A stretch of DNA of 64,000 nt from Phormidesmis sp. (lineage in GTDB: Bacteria; Cyanobacteriota; Cyanobacteriia; Leptolyngbyales; Leptolyngbyaceae), in the NCBI GenBank assembly GCA_965248535.1, contig CBDFJR010000005.1:544001-608000 (forward strand). Reading direction: 5' to 3'. This document shows, one piece after another, positions 31,634 to 41,825 of this stretch. Each line of letters starts with the position of its first letter. Position 1 is the first letter of the stretch. The position numbers and the translations under genes are program-made. Below the pieces are notes generated by a model. The model made no database searches and was not told where the DNA came from. It saw only the letters and a list, made by a program, of their open reading frames with translations.

Positions 31634-32950
31634 TCACTCTCTCGCTTGAAAGCCCATTCCCAGCATAAACAAGCCGGGCCAATAGAGATAAACGGCCGCT
31701 TCGATGTTGGCACCACTCGTGCAAATTGCTAGGAGCACGATCATCGTCAGCCCTACTTTGGCGTTTTGGCTCTTCTGAGCTTTGACCAACAGATCCGCAA
31801 ACGTCCACAGCAAAGGAAATAGAAAGGCAAAGAACCCGATCGTGCCTCGCAGATAGAGGAGGTCAGGCCACTGATTGTGAGTTCCGATCGGAATCCCTTC
31901 GGTGGTGGCAGGGCCGCGTTCAGCCACAAAGCCATGCCCCCATGTTTGGGCTTCGGTCTCCCATTTATAGAGAGCGATTTCTGAAAGCTTACTTCTGACT
32001 TTCTCTGAACCTTGGCGAAAGTTTTTGAAGGTTGCCTCATATAACGATCGGGCAGAATCTAAGACCAGCGTGGCAAAAAGACCAAAGGAGAAGCTAGCCA
32101 AACCTCCTATGATCCGCAGGTGCCAGGTGAAGTGAGTGAGCAACCAGGTTAGAGCAGGCACGATGATCAGACAGAGGGTGGTCATTCTCGAAAAAGAGAA
32201 AATAACCATGATTGCAGCACCGATCGCACCCGCCCATTTCCACCGTTTATCAGAGTCTTGAAGCGCCAGAAAGAAAAACACCGCCCCCGCAATGCCTAAA
32301 GAGTTAGCAAAAGGAGTAAATAAATTGAGACGAAACTCAGCGCTCAAGCCGTCACTGGGAGGAAGACCAAATATTGAGACTGTATAGACTTGAGGATCTC
32401 CCCGAAAGAGATACCACCAGGGGGTTAGATAAGACGGATAAAAGCTAGCTCTAAACGCCAAATAAGCAAGCAGTGAAAACCCGATGCTTTGGACACAGAC
32501 GATGCAGATGGCGCGATAAATCAAACGGGGACGAACAGCATTAAGGCAAGCTCCTAAAGGAAACAGTGCCATCAGTGCCCACGATCTAGACCACACCACC
32601 GTGCTAGAGAGGATCTTAGTTAATCCTAGATCTAGATCAATGTGAGACATGATCACAGAGAGTTCCATGACTAACATGCTGATGATCCAGACCCACACAG
32701 ATAGAGGAATGGCGATTTTCTCTTGAGGAGGCGTGTCTTCAGTCTGTTGCCAAAGTTTCAGCCCTAATCGCCCCGCCAGAAACCAGGCGAGTATGGGCAC
32801 CCAAACATAGAGCGCTCCCAAGAAATTGATTCCATAGATGCCAACGATGGAGTACCAGACTAGCTTTTCTTCAAGGTTTTGAGGTTTAAGCACTTCTGTT
32901 CTCATGGATGGTTGACTAACGTTAACCGTATCTTCTAAAAAATTGTCCAA
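31634..32950 (-). CDS. Wzy polymerase / O-antigen ligase family protein
   Basis: Polytopic; SFSR, WGHG, GTHN, G..G in the Wzy_C-like loop; start uncertain. Confidence 0.8.
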   Translation of the reverse strand: MDNFLEDTVNVSQPSMRTEVLKPQNLEEKLVWYSIVGIYGINFLGALYVWVPILAWFLAGRLGLKLWQQTEDTPPQEKIAIPLSVWVWIISMLVMELSVIMSHIDLDLGLTKILSSTVVWSRSWALMALFPLGACLNAVRPRLIYRAICIVCVQSIGFSLLAYLAFRASFYPSYLTPWWYLFRGDPQVYTVSIFGLPPSDGLSAEFRLNLFTPFANSLGIAGAVFFFLALQDSDKRWKWAGAIGAAIMVIFSFSRMTTLCLIIVPALTWLLTHFTWHLRIIGGLASFSFGLFATLVLDSARSLYEATFKNFRQGSEKVRSKLSEIALYKWETEAQTWGHGFVAERGPATTEGIPIGTHNQWPDLLYLRGTIGFFAFLFPLLWTFADLLVKAQKSQNAKVGLTMIVLLAICTSGANIEAAVYLYWPGLFMLGMGFQARE

Positions 32951-32993
32951 CAGTAAAGAAGCTCAGGGTGCGATCGTAAGATCATTAAACTAA

Positions 32994-33953
32994 TTAGGAA
33001 TGAGGATTTAAGGAAGGCTTATTAAGCGATTTTTTAAGATTGAGAACAAACTGGTAAGGCAATAACCACATTAATAGAAGTTTGAGTGCTAGTCGTTGAG
33101 TGTTCTTGTCTAAAATAATTTTAGGGTCGAGTTGAATTGCTTTTTTTAGCTTTTGACGAGCTTGATGAACTACTTTATCTGTTAATTCATAGCTGAGATA
33201 CTGTTGAGCAAAATATCGATAAGCACAGGCTAAACTGCGGTTTTTGAGAGACTGATACTCTGGTGGAACGGTTTGGAAAACTCTGGCAATGTGAGAGACA
33301 ATCGCTTTCTCCATCACCTCTACGTTTGAGGTTGCTGATTGAGACGATCGAAGATAAATAATTTGATGTTTTGGCACTACTACAAAGGTGCAGAGTGCCG
33401 CCAATCTAATGTAAAACTCCCAGTCTTCTGCATAGTTTAGTGGCGCATGAAACTCGCCTACAGACTCAACAAACTGTCTGCGAATTAAAACATTAGAACC
33501 ATTGAGAATAAAGTTTTCAACTAACAGTTGAGGATAGACGTTACCCTCATAAAAAATAGGCTCTTGGTGATATAAAACCGTTCCTTTCTCATTTATAAAG
33601 GTCGTCCAACTATAGGCGACCCCTGCCTCTGGATTTTTTTGCAGAGCTTCTAACTGAAGCTGCAACTTGTCTGAAGTCCATAAATCGTCAGCATCAATAA
33701 AGGTGATGAAGTCTCCGATCGCGTGCTTAATTCCTCGATTGCGAGCCACTGAAACCCCACTGTTTGGGTAAGAGTAGACCTTAAGCCGCGAATCTTGTAG
33801 GGTGTCGGTTAATTTAACGGTTCGATCGGTTGAGCCATCATCAATGACAATCAATTCGAGGTCTGAAACCGTCTGTTTTTGAACCGATTCAAGCGTTGCT
33901 AAGATGGTTTTCTCAGCATTGTAGGCAGGGATGATCACAGATACGATCGGCAT
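32994..33953 (-). CDS. GT2 glycosyltransferase
   Basis: VSVIIPAYN, DDGSTD, ARNRG, DADD, EDW. Confidence 0.92.
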   Translation of the reverse strand: MPIVSVIIPAYNAEKTILATLESVQKQTVSDLELIVIDDGSTDRTVKLTDTLQDSRLKVYSYPNSGVSVARNRGIKHAIGDFITFIDADDLWTSDKLQLQLEALQKNPEAGVAYSWTTFINEKGTVLYHQEPIFYEGNVYPQLLVENFILNGSNVLIRRQFVESVGEFHAPLNYAEDWEFYIRLAALCTFVVVPKHQIIYLRSSQSATSNVEVMEKAIVSHIARVFQTVPPEYQSLKNRSLACAYRYFAQQYLSYELTDKVVHQARQKLKKAIQLDPKIILDKNTQRLALKLLLMWLLPYQFVLNLKKSLNKPSLNPHS

Positions 33954-34103
33954 AAATCTTGCTTCCTAGCACAAACGAATCGATTCACATCGGCTTCAAC
34001 GATGAAGTCTAGTATCCAACTTTGAGTTAAGCATCCCAGAGATGATTGCTCAACCTCAATAGTCAAAATTTCATCTTAGGGGTCTTTCTCAACTAGAAGC
34101 AGT

Positions 34104-35612
34104 CTATAGCTTGGCAGAAGGGTTTGTTTCGGCATCTGGATAAGCCCCCCGATCAATAGCTCTGCTCGGTTTAGAATCTGAATAGGGGTTTAACCCGATG
34201 GCTGAAACCTGTCTAGAGATTGACTTTCTGCGCTGGCGAAGCCACAAACCCGCTATGCCGCTAGAGATCAAAATAGAACCCAAAGACGCACCCAATAAAA
34301 CAAACGTCTTTTTGGGCGAACTTGGAGTCTCAGGCAAACTTGGATCTGACACCAACTGCACTTGGGGATAAGACCCAAAGAGTTCAGCTTTGCCCAGGCT
34401 TAGACTCCCCAGTGTGGAAGAGAAGACCGCTTCAGAAATCTGCATATCTCGCTTCAGTCCGTCTAGGGTTGAGCCATATTGAGCCAGGGTTCTCAGTTTT
34501 TCTTCTAGCTGGGAGATCTGCCGCTCTAAGGTTGCGGCATTAGCGCTAAATCCCTGCTCGGCGACTTGAGCAGTGACCACCTCCTGAAATAGGATGTCTC
34601 GTGCGCTGCCCGTCTTAACGTCATTAGTGCTGCTGCCAATGTTGAGTTGAGCTAGGGTTTCTGGCTCGACTGCTCTTCCTAGGAGAGAACGGCTGCGATC
34701 GAGCATGGCTGATCGGGCGGCTTCTTGCTTCATTCGCTGCTGAACGATCGCTGGGTGATTGGGCCCCAGTCTGGCGCTCAAAATGTCAGCTTCGGCAGTA
34801 GCGGTGCTGTAGTCTTGCAGGTTGCGTAAAAATAGCTGATCTGAGTTCAGCGTAAACGCATCGGCTGCTTGGGGCGCAGACACATTTAAATTAGCAGACA
34901 GTTGTTTGAGTCGAGCACTGGACTGCTGCTGATCGGCTAACACGATCGCTCTTTGTTTACGCAACTCTTCGATCGCATTTGATAGCTGATCAATCTGGCT
35001 ATTAGACACCAACCCTGAGCGGGCTTTATAGCTAGAAAGGCGCTCTTGAGTCGTCTCAAGATTTTGCTGAGAATCCTTTAAAGCAGCCTTGATGCCTTGA
35101 TTTTTCTCGATCGCCTCTTGCTGTCTGAGTTGAATCAGCTTTGCCTCAAACGCTTGATAGAGCGCGATCGATTTATCTTTAGATTCTTGAGGAGTGCTGC
35201 CCTTGACTTCAAGAGTCATGAGAGTCGAGCTATCGACAATCTTGACGCGAGGCTCGCCGAACTTTTGAACGGTCATGTTTAGCTGTTTAGCCGCCTCTGC
35301 TAAAACAGATTCGCTCGTGATGATGAATTTGTAGTTCTCCCGCGGATCTTGCGTTTTATTATCAAACGGAGAACTCACCTGCGAACTTCCGCCGCCAATT
35401 TGAGGCAAGTTAACACTGCTGCTTGAACGGTTAGACGGCAGAGTCAACGCCCATTGGCTGGTAAAAACTGGCTTTGCGACGTTCAGGAACAGAAGAGACA
35501 AGCCCCAAATAGCAGCATTTGCCACAAGACCCAAGAGCAAATAGCTCTGCCAATCATTGCGGTCTCCAGCAGGCTGAGAGGGATAGGAAGAGGCTTTTGT
35601 TAGCTCATTCAT
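34104..35612 (-). CDS. GumC/Wzc-like polysaccharide co-polymerase without a kinase domain
   Basis: Two TM helices flanking a coiled coil, HP motif, P..PSSPK before TM2; no Walker A tail. Confidence 0.85.
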   Translation of the reverse strand: MNELTKASSYPSQPAGDRNDWQSYLLLGLVANAAIWGLSLLFLNVAKPVFTSQWALTLPSNRSSSSVNLPQIGGGSSQVSSPFDNKTQDPRENYKFIITSESVLAEAAKQLNMTVQKFGEPRVKIVDSSTLMTLEVKGSTPQESKDKSIALYQAFEAKLIQLRQQEAIEKNQGIKAALKDSQQNLETTQERLSSYKARSGLVSNSQIDQLSNAIEELRKQRAIVLADQQQSSARLKQLSANLNVSAPQAADAFTLNSDQLFLRNLQDYSTATAEADILSARLGPNHPAIVQQRMKQEAARSAMLDRSRSLLGRAVEPETLAQLNIGSSTNDVKTGSARDILFQEVVTAQVAEQGFSANAATLERQISQLEEKLRTLAQYGSTLDGLKRDMQISEAVFSSTLGSLSLGKAELFGSYPQVQLVSDPSLPETPSSPKKTFVLLGASLGSILISSGIAGLWLRQRRKSISRQVSAIGLNPYSDSKPSRAIDRGAYPDAETNPSAKL

Positions 35613-35617
35613 AAGCG

Positions 35618-36700
35618 TTAACGGAAGATTCCTCTTATTATATTAAAGGGATTCAAAATGTCGGTGATGAAGCGAAACACCCCTGATGTGTTCTCGTTTT
35701 TAGAGTCATAGCAAACAATCCCATCTCGCGGCATCAGAAAGGGATTGTTTGTATTGTCAGTAGAATTTCTGAGCAGCGTTTCAACAGGTTGGTCAATGAC
35801 GGTAGTTTTCCCGGTGGTGCGATCGGTTTGCATCAGAGTGACCCGCCGCTTTGCGTTAGTAGAGAGAGTGCCACCGACGCACCCCGATGAAACGACGGCA
35901 TTTGAGAAGCGAGTGCCATAGGCTAGCTCAGTGGCGCGATTGGTGTTGCCTGAGACGCTAGGAGCCGTGGAATTAGAGACAAAAATAGGCACCACAGAGG
36001 GGGTCACCTGCGAAGGGCGCACCAAGTCATTTTGAATGGTTGCTAACCGAGGGATCGTCACTTTGTCTCCAGCCACGAGCGGCACATCACGCTCTGACTC
36101 GCCCGACAACACCCCCGATAGATCAATGACTTGGGTTCGATTATTGCGAACTAAGCGAATATTTCTGATGTCGGCATTGGGCATCACTCCACCTGCGAGG
36201 CGAATGGCGGCAGTTAGATAGCGTTCAGGCGGGTAGTTGCCCGAAACTGGGATGGTGCCCGCGATCGGGGTGGGAATGCTGACTGAGTTGCCGCTGGTCG
36301 AGTTAGTTGCCTGATTGTTAATTAAGACGCGACCAGGTTCAAAAATAGCGCCCGACACCGTCACCTGCACGGGTGCCCATTGAAAAACCTTGATGCTGAC
36401 CCGAAGACCGTTGGCTCTAAACAGGCCTTTGTCAATCAAGATTTGGCTCAACCGCTGCTCGACTTCAGGAAGCTCTAACCCAGCAGCAGGAAGCGGTTCA
36501 AGAAAAGGAAATTGTAACGTGCCGTCAAGGTTAACCTCATAAAGACCGCTAATGCGCTGAGATTCTGGGAGATCAGAATCAGCGGGGATAAACAGGCGAA
36601 GGCGATCGCCCGGCGAGAGCGGCAGCGCGAAGGCAGGTGACACCCCAAATAAGGCAATCACAGCACCCGATAGAAAAATGGCGGGCTGGTTAAGTGACAT
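35618..36700 (-). CDS. wza: Wza/SLBB polysaccharide export protein
   Basis: LSPGDRL, V..DG.L.FP, V.V.GA..PG, AI..AGG, L..GD. Confidence 0.88.
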   Translation of the reverse strand: MSLNQPAIFLSGAVIALFGVSPAFALPLSPGDRLRLFIPADSDLPESQRISGLYEVNLDGTLQFPFLEPLPAAGLELPEVEQRLSQILIDKGLFRANGLRVSIKVFQWAPVQVTVSGAIFEPGRVLINNQATNSTSGNSVSIPTPIAGTIPVSGNYPPERYLTAAIRLAGGVMPNADIRNIRLVRNNRTQVIDLSGVLSGESERDVPLVAGDKVTIPRLATIQNDLVRPSQVTPSVVPIFVSNSTAPSVSGNTNRATELAYGTRFSNAVVSSGCVGGTLSTNAKRRVTLMQTDRTTGKTTVIDQPVETLLRNSTDNTNNPFLMPRDGIVCYDSKNENTSGVFRFITDILNPFNIIRGIFR

Positions 36701-36719
36701 AGGTCAATCTAAGAGTCTG

Positions 36720-36770
36720 AACCCTAAGTTTGTTCTATTCTGCCCCAGAATTAGAACAAACTTAGAGGTT
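36720..36770. promoter_or_regulatory. Long inverted repeat just upstream of wza
   Basis: CTAAGTTTGTTCTA-TTCTG / CAGAA-T-TAGAACAAACTTAG. Confidence 0.7.
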
Positions 36771-36907
36771 CTATATTTTCCCATCTCTATCACCTAAAGA
36801 TCACTTATCTAGCATCGTCGGAATTGTAGACAAGATTCAAGGCAATTGTCAGCAAAAACAGGTCAAATTCAAGCAACAACCCAGACAGGAATAGTCCTTA
36901 ATAAGAG

Positions 36908-36939
36908 ATAGTAGATCTGGCCTCTCTAAGATCTGCTAT
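36908..36939. promoter_or_regulatory. Candidate operator upstream of frmA
   Basis: ATAGTAGATCT-N10-AGATCTGCTAT, 10/11 arm match. Confidence 0.5.
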
Positions 36940-36958
36940 TTAACTCGGAGCCAGTTTC

Positions 36959-38068
36959 ATGGATGTTCAAGCTGCGATCGCCTTCTCTGCCGGAAATCCT
37001 CTCAGCCTCGAAACAGTCACTCTTGAGCCGCCTCACGCCGGAGAGGTCTTAGTTGAAATCAAGGCAACCGGAGTCTGTCACACTGACGCTTATACCCTAT
37101 CGGGGGCTGACCCAGAAGGATTGTTTCCAGCGATTTTAGGCCACGAAGGCGCGGGCGTTGTAGTCGAAATTGGGGCAGGCGTGACCAGCGTTAAGCCGGG
37201 TGATCATGTGATTCCGCTCTACACGCCAGAATGTCGCAACTGTGAGTATTGTCTCAGTCAAAAAACCAATTTGTGTCAGGCAATTCGCACGACTCAGGGG
37301 CGCGGCGTGATGCCTAATGGCACGAGTCGGTTCTCGATCGCTGGCACCCCGATTCATCACTATATGGGCACTTCGACTTTTTCAAACTACACCGTTTTGC
37401 CCGAAATCGCCGTGGCTAAAATTCGGGAAGATGCCCCCTTTGAAAAAGTTTGTTTGATCGGCTGCGGAGTCACAACAGGCCTTGGAGCCGTGATCAACAC
37501 CGCTAAAGTAGAGCCAGGTAGCAATGTCGTTGTCTTTGGGCTAGGGGGCATTGGCTTAAATGTGATCCAGGCGGCGAGAATGGTGGGAGCAAATATGATT
37601 GTAGGGGTGGATCTTAATCCCCAAAAACGGGTTTTGGCTGAAAAACTGGGCATGACTCATTTTGTCAACCCCCGCGATATTGATGGAGATTTGGTTCCTT
37701 ATCTGGTCGAATTGACGAAAGGCGGAGCCGACTATAGTTTTGAATGTATTGGCAATGTCAACGTGATGCGACAAGCTCTAGAGTGTTGTCACAAAGGCTG
37801 GGGTGTCAGTGTCGTGGTCGGTGTAGCAGGGGCCGGACAGGAGATCAGCACCCGGCCATTTCAGCTAGTGACGGGTCGGGTTTGGAAGGGCAGTGCCTTT
37901 GGGGGCGCAAGAGGCCGAACTGACGTGCCCAAAATCGTCGATTGGTATATGGAGGGCAAAATTAATATTGATGATTTAGTCACTAAGGTGATGCCGATCG
38001 CGCAAATTAACGAAGCCTTTGATCTGATGCACCGAGGCGAAGTGATTCGTGCTGTTATAACTTTTTAG
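36959..38068 (+). CDS. frmA: S-(hydroxymethyl)glutathione dehydrogenase / class III alcohol dehydrogenase
   Basis: GVCHTD, GHEGAG, C..C..C Zn site, [17 protein letters not shown]. Confidence 0.96.
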   Translation: MDVQAAIAFSAGNPLSLETVTLEPPHAGEVLVEIKATGVCHTDAYTLSGADPEGLFPAILGHEGAGVVVEIGAGVTSVKPGDHVIPLYTPECRNCEYCLSQKTNLCQAIRTTQGRGVMPNGTSRFSIAGTPIHHYMGTSTFSNYTVLPEIAVAKIREDAPFEKVCLIGCGVTTGLGAVINTAKVEPGSNVVVFGLGGIGLNVIQAARMVGANMIVGVDLNPQKRVLAEKLGMTHFVNPRDIDGDLVPYLVELTKGGADYSFECIGNVNVMRQALECCHKGWGVSVVVGVAGAGQEISTRPFQLVTGRVWKGSAFGGARGRTDVPKIVDWYMEGKINIDDLVTKVMPIAQINEAFDLMHRGEVIRAVITF

Positions 38069-38074
38069 GCTGAC

Positions 38075-38915
38075 ATGAACCTACTGAATGAACATTTCTG
38101 CTTTGGCGGCAAGGTTGGTTTCTATAGCCACTTGTCTATAGCTTGCAAGGGTGAGATGAAATTTGCAGTCTATCAACCGCCTCAAGCCAAGCTGCACCCG
38201 GTTCCGGTGCTTTATTTTCTCTCTGGCTTAACCTGCACTGAGGAGAATTTTATGGTCAAAGCCGGAGCACAGCAGTTTGCCGCTAAATATGGACTTGATG
38301 TTGGTGGCTCCTGACACTAGTCCGCGCCATACCAAAACGCCCAATGAAGACCAGGATTGGGATTTGGGCACCGGAGCGGGATTTTATGTGGATGCGATCG
38401 CGCAACCCTGGCGTGATCACTACCAAATGTATAGCTATGTTGTGGATGAACTGCCCGCTCTCATTCACAAAAACTTTCCGGCAAATCCAGCCCAGCAGGG
38501 AATCATGGGTCACTCAATGGGCGGACATGGCGCGTTAGTTTGTGCATTGCGAAACCCCGATCGCTATCGGTCTGTCTCGGCCTTTGCTCCGATCGTGGCT
38601 CCGATGCAGTGTGCTTGGGGTCAAAAAGCGTTTTCTAACTATCTCGGTTCTGATCAAACGCTTTGGCGTGATTATGATGCGACTGAGTTGATTCAAAATG
38701 CCAAATTCCAGTCACCAATCTTGATTGATCAAGGGATGAATGATTCATTTCTCACGACCCAACTCTTGCCAGAAATCTTTGAAAAAGCCTGTGCTGAAGT
38801 CGGCCAAGCCCTAACGCTTAGAAGACAACCCGGCTATGACCACAGCTATTATTTCATCGCGACGTTTATGGACGATCATATTCGTCATCATGCCAGCATT
38901 TTGTGTGACCAATGA
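38075..38915 (+). pseudogene. fghA: S-formylglutathione hydrolase, frameshifted near 38295
   Basis: First ORF has LSGLTC; second has [21 protein letters not shown]; removing one base in GGACTTGATG restores KYGLMLVAPD. Confidence 0.88.
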
Positions 38916-38958
38916 TTAGCCCAATGAACAATAATTCGACTATTTTGGGGAGTCATCC

Positions 38959-39237
38959 ATGATGTTTAAAGTTATTTCTCCTGGTTTTTCACAAGCGTTT
39001 GATCGCTGGCTTGATGCGTTGACGATCGCTAAGTCGCTGATGCCTCAATGTAAATGGATGCAGGATGTCCGCATTTTTGAAGACGGACGTTTAGTGTGGG
39101 TTTATAGTCGATCGCACAAATATCCCCAATTTGTAGGAGCGGGGACTTACGATCGCTTGGCAAAACGATTTTTATTAGAAACGATCTCCGATGAGAATGC
39201 GATAGAAAACAGCCGCGATCAAGAAAGCTCTCACTAG
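38959..39237 (+). CDS. Hypothetical protein
   Basis: 92-aa ORF with GGAG RBS. Confidence 0.75.
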   Translation: MMFKVISPGFSQAFDRWLDALTIAKSLMPQCKWMQDVRIFEDGRLVWVYSRSHKYPQFVGAGTYDRLAKRFLLETISDENAIENSRDQESSH

Positions 39238-39242
39238 GAGAA

Positions 39243-39677
39243 ATGATGGATAAACAAACCATAATGGGCGCAGTGCACACCACAGTAAAATTAACGAATG
39301 CAGGGGATGAAAGCATGGTGAGTCGAGGCGTTCTTGCCCCTCGTCATCTGCGCGAATATCAAGGTCAAGCGCTTGTTGATACAGGTGCAGTCATGTTAGT
39401 AATTCCTCAAAGGGTTGTAGATCAGCTTGGTTTACGAATTCGAGGTCAGCAGGTGGCTAGATTTGCCAACGGGGTTGAAGAATTGGTTGGCATCACAGAG
39501 CCTATTCTGATTGAGTGTGAAGGTCGAATGACGGCAGATGAAGCTCTTGTGGTAGGTGATGAAATTCTGATTGGGCAAGTGATATTAGAGAAGCTAGATT
39601 TGCTGCCAGATTGCCGAAACCAGCGATTAATTCCTAATCCAGCTAATCCTGATTATCCAGTTGCGATGATTAAGTAG
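39243..39677 (+). CDS. Clan AA (retropepsin-like) aspartic protease
   Basis: ALVDTGA catalytic motif; LIGQ..LE.LD; AGGAG RBS. Confidence 0.85.
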   Translation: MMDKQTIMGAVHTTVKLTNAGDESMVSRGVLAPRHLREYQGQALVDTGAVMLVIPQRVVDQLGLRIRGQQVARFANGVEELVGITEPILIECEGRMTADEALVVGDEILIGQVILEKLDLLPDCRNQRLIPNPANPDYPVAMIK

Positions 39678-39722
39678 TAAAGTGACTCATTCATTTCGCA
39701 TTAATTTGATTTCAAGTCTAAT

Positions 39723-39756
39723 AAAAAACGATCGCTCCCCTTGAAGAACGATCGCG
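39723..39756 (-). terminator. Intrinsic terminator after desB
   Basis: Minus strand GCGATCGTTCTTC-aa-GGGGAGCGATCGT then T run. Confidence 0.7.
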
Positions 39757-39778
39757 ACTCAGCCTAATAACCTAGCCG

Positions 39779-40855
39779 TTAGTTTTGGGAATTAGTTGGA
39801 GACTGATAGTAGATTTTTGAGCCATTATCTGAGACAAAGTGACACGCCAGATAAGAGCGGAAAAACCCCTTCCAAATAGACTCGCTTGATTTGCGATAAT
39901 AGTTGCCTAACAGTGGCTTGATCGCCTCGGTTGCGGTCTTGAGATGATAGTGAGGCATATTTGAGAAAATGTGGTGCGCCACATGAGTGCCAATGTTGTG
40001 ATGAATTGGATTGAACACACCATAGTCACGATCGATCGTAGACAATGCCCCTTTCAAAAAATACCAATCATCGCCGCGATACCACGGAATATCATCTTCG
40101 GTGTGATGCAGAAAGGTCACCAAGTCTAGCCAGACGACAAACCCGACATAGCCCATCAGATAATATTTCACCAAAAACAGCAGCCCGTGCTGATAGGTCA
40201 AAACGCCCAAGCATCCGAGCATCAGCATCAGGCAAACCGTGCTGGTGATTACGCCGTTTCGTTCTGATGGCTTAAAAATTGGGCTGCCCGGCATAAAGTG
40301 AGAACCCTGCTTGCCCGGAGAGCGACGAAACAGATAGAGCGGATAGGCCAGCAGAGGCAGATAAAATCGCATTAGCTTCTCGGCATAGCCCATCTGCTCA
40401 TATTGGCTTTCAGTGACGGGATACCAGCTTTCGTCGGTTTCAATATTGCCTGTGTTGGCGTGGTGAGTGCGATGGCTAATGCGCCAACCGTGAAACGGCA
40501 CCAAAATTGGGGTGTGCGATAAATGACCCACAAGATTGTTGAGCCATTTGTGTTTTGAAAATGAGCCGTGTCCGCAGTCGTGCCCGACCACAAAAAGCGC
40601 CCAAAACATCGTGCCTTGGGCAAACCAGAAAATTGGGTAAAACCACCAAGAATCGAGATAAGCGGCTAGGGCATACAGTCCTGCCAAGATTCCTAGGTCA
40701 AGAAAAAAGTAGGACAGCGATCGCCAAGTAGATGGCTCAAAGCAAGAGTCTGGAATCGCCGATCGGACATCTTTGAGGGTAAAAGGAAGCTCACCTGATT
40801 GTAGAGAAGGGTCTACTACAGCAGCCGGGTCGGATGGAACGGAGTAAACTTGCAC
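39779..40855 (-). CDS. desB: Omega-3 (delta-15) acyl-lipid desaturase
   Basis: HDCGH, HRTHH, HVAHH boxes; WALFVVGHDCGHGSFS. Confidence 0.92.
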   Translation of the reverse strand: MQVYSVPSDPAAVVDPSLQSGELPFTLKDVRSAIPDSCFEPSTWRSLSYFFLDLGILAGLYALAAYLDSWWFYPIFWFAQGTMFWALFVVGHDCGHGSFSKHKWLNNLVGHLSHTPILVPFHGWRISHRTHHANTGNIETDESWYPVTESQYEQMGYAEKLMRFYLPLLAYPLYLFRRSPGKQGSHFMPGSPIFKPSERNGVITSTVCLMLMLGCLGVLTYQHGLLFLVKYYLMGYVGFVVWLDLVTFLHHTEDDIPWYRGDDWYFLKGALSTIDRDYGVFNPIHHNIGTHVAHHIFSNMPHYHLKTATEAIKPLLGNYYRKSSESIWKGFFRSYLACHFVSDNGSKIYYQSPTNSQN

Positions 40856-41172
40856 GTACTTTTTAGTCTGCCGAAAACTTAGTTAGCTCGGTCATTTTAT
40901 CGTTTAGACGTATCGATGATCACAATCGCAACTGAGTTTTGTAAAGAATATTACGCCCTTTCATAAGTCGGTCGGAGTGTAGTAAAGAACTCTTGCTGAC
41001 GATCGTAGATTCAAAAAACAAAGGAATCAGGATTAAATGTAAGATCCAGATTGCCCTCACTCAGCCCCAGACAAACAGATGGGGACGAGCAATCTCTGCC
41101 CATCCCCATTTACAGCTAATTCTAGCGGTGCTTATTGGTCGATCGTTCTAATCGTTAGAAAAGCTCAGTCAC

Positions 41173-41718
41173 CTAGCTGCCGACACCAGCCGGAAACTTG
41201 AGATTAGCAGGGACTTGCTGCCCATCAGGCTGGATGGCTTTGCCTTCAATGAAGGAGCGAAGCATCCAGGCCATTTCTTCGTGGCCTTCCATCAATCCGG
41301 TTAGAAAGTCTGCGGTGCCTTCGTCGTGAAATTCTTCAGAACACTGGTCGATGTGCTCACGCAAACTGCGGATAATTTGCTCGTGATCGTCTACCAAATT
41401 AGACACCATGTGATCAGACGGTGGAACATCACCCGTGTGCTCTTTGATCGTGGCGTATTTTAGAAACCCTTCAGCCGTGCCAACTGGGAATCCGCCCAGC
41501 ATCCGAACCCGCTCGGCGATCGCGTCTACGCTTGTGCTCAAAACCTGATATTGCTCATCCCATAGCAAATGCAGCGATCTAAACTCAGGGCCCGTCACAT
41601 CCCAGTGATATTTTTTGGTTTTAATAATCAGCAGGTAGGTGTTAGACAGATCTTTGTTGAGCATTTCAGTTACGCCTTTGCGCTGCTCTTCTGTTAAGCC
41701 GATGTTTAACTTACGCAT
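41173..41718 (-). CDS. dps: Dps family protein
   Basis: HWDVTGP.F..LH, D.IAER, WML. Confidence 0.92.
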   Translation of the reverse strand: MRKLNIGLTEEQRKGVTEMLNKDLSNTYLLIIKTKKYHWDVTGPEFRSLHLLWDEQYQVLSTSVDAIAERVRMLGGFPVGTAEGFLKYATIKEHTGDVPPSDHMVSNLVDDHEQIIRSLREHIDQCSEEFHDEGTADFLTGLMEGHEEMAWMLRSFIEGKAIQPDGQQVPANLKFPAGVGS

Positions 41719-41825
41719 TTATTTACTCTCCGGTGCAGATTCACTTCCCATTGCAACAAATCGACACAGCAATAACATCGCTCGTAGGGAGGAAGGAGCC
41801 GAAACCTTTAATCAGCCTATAGAGG

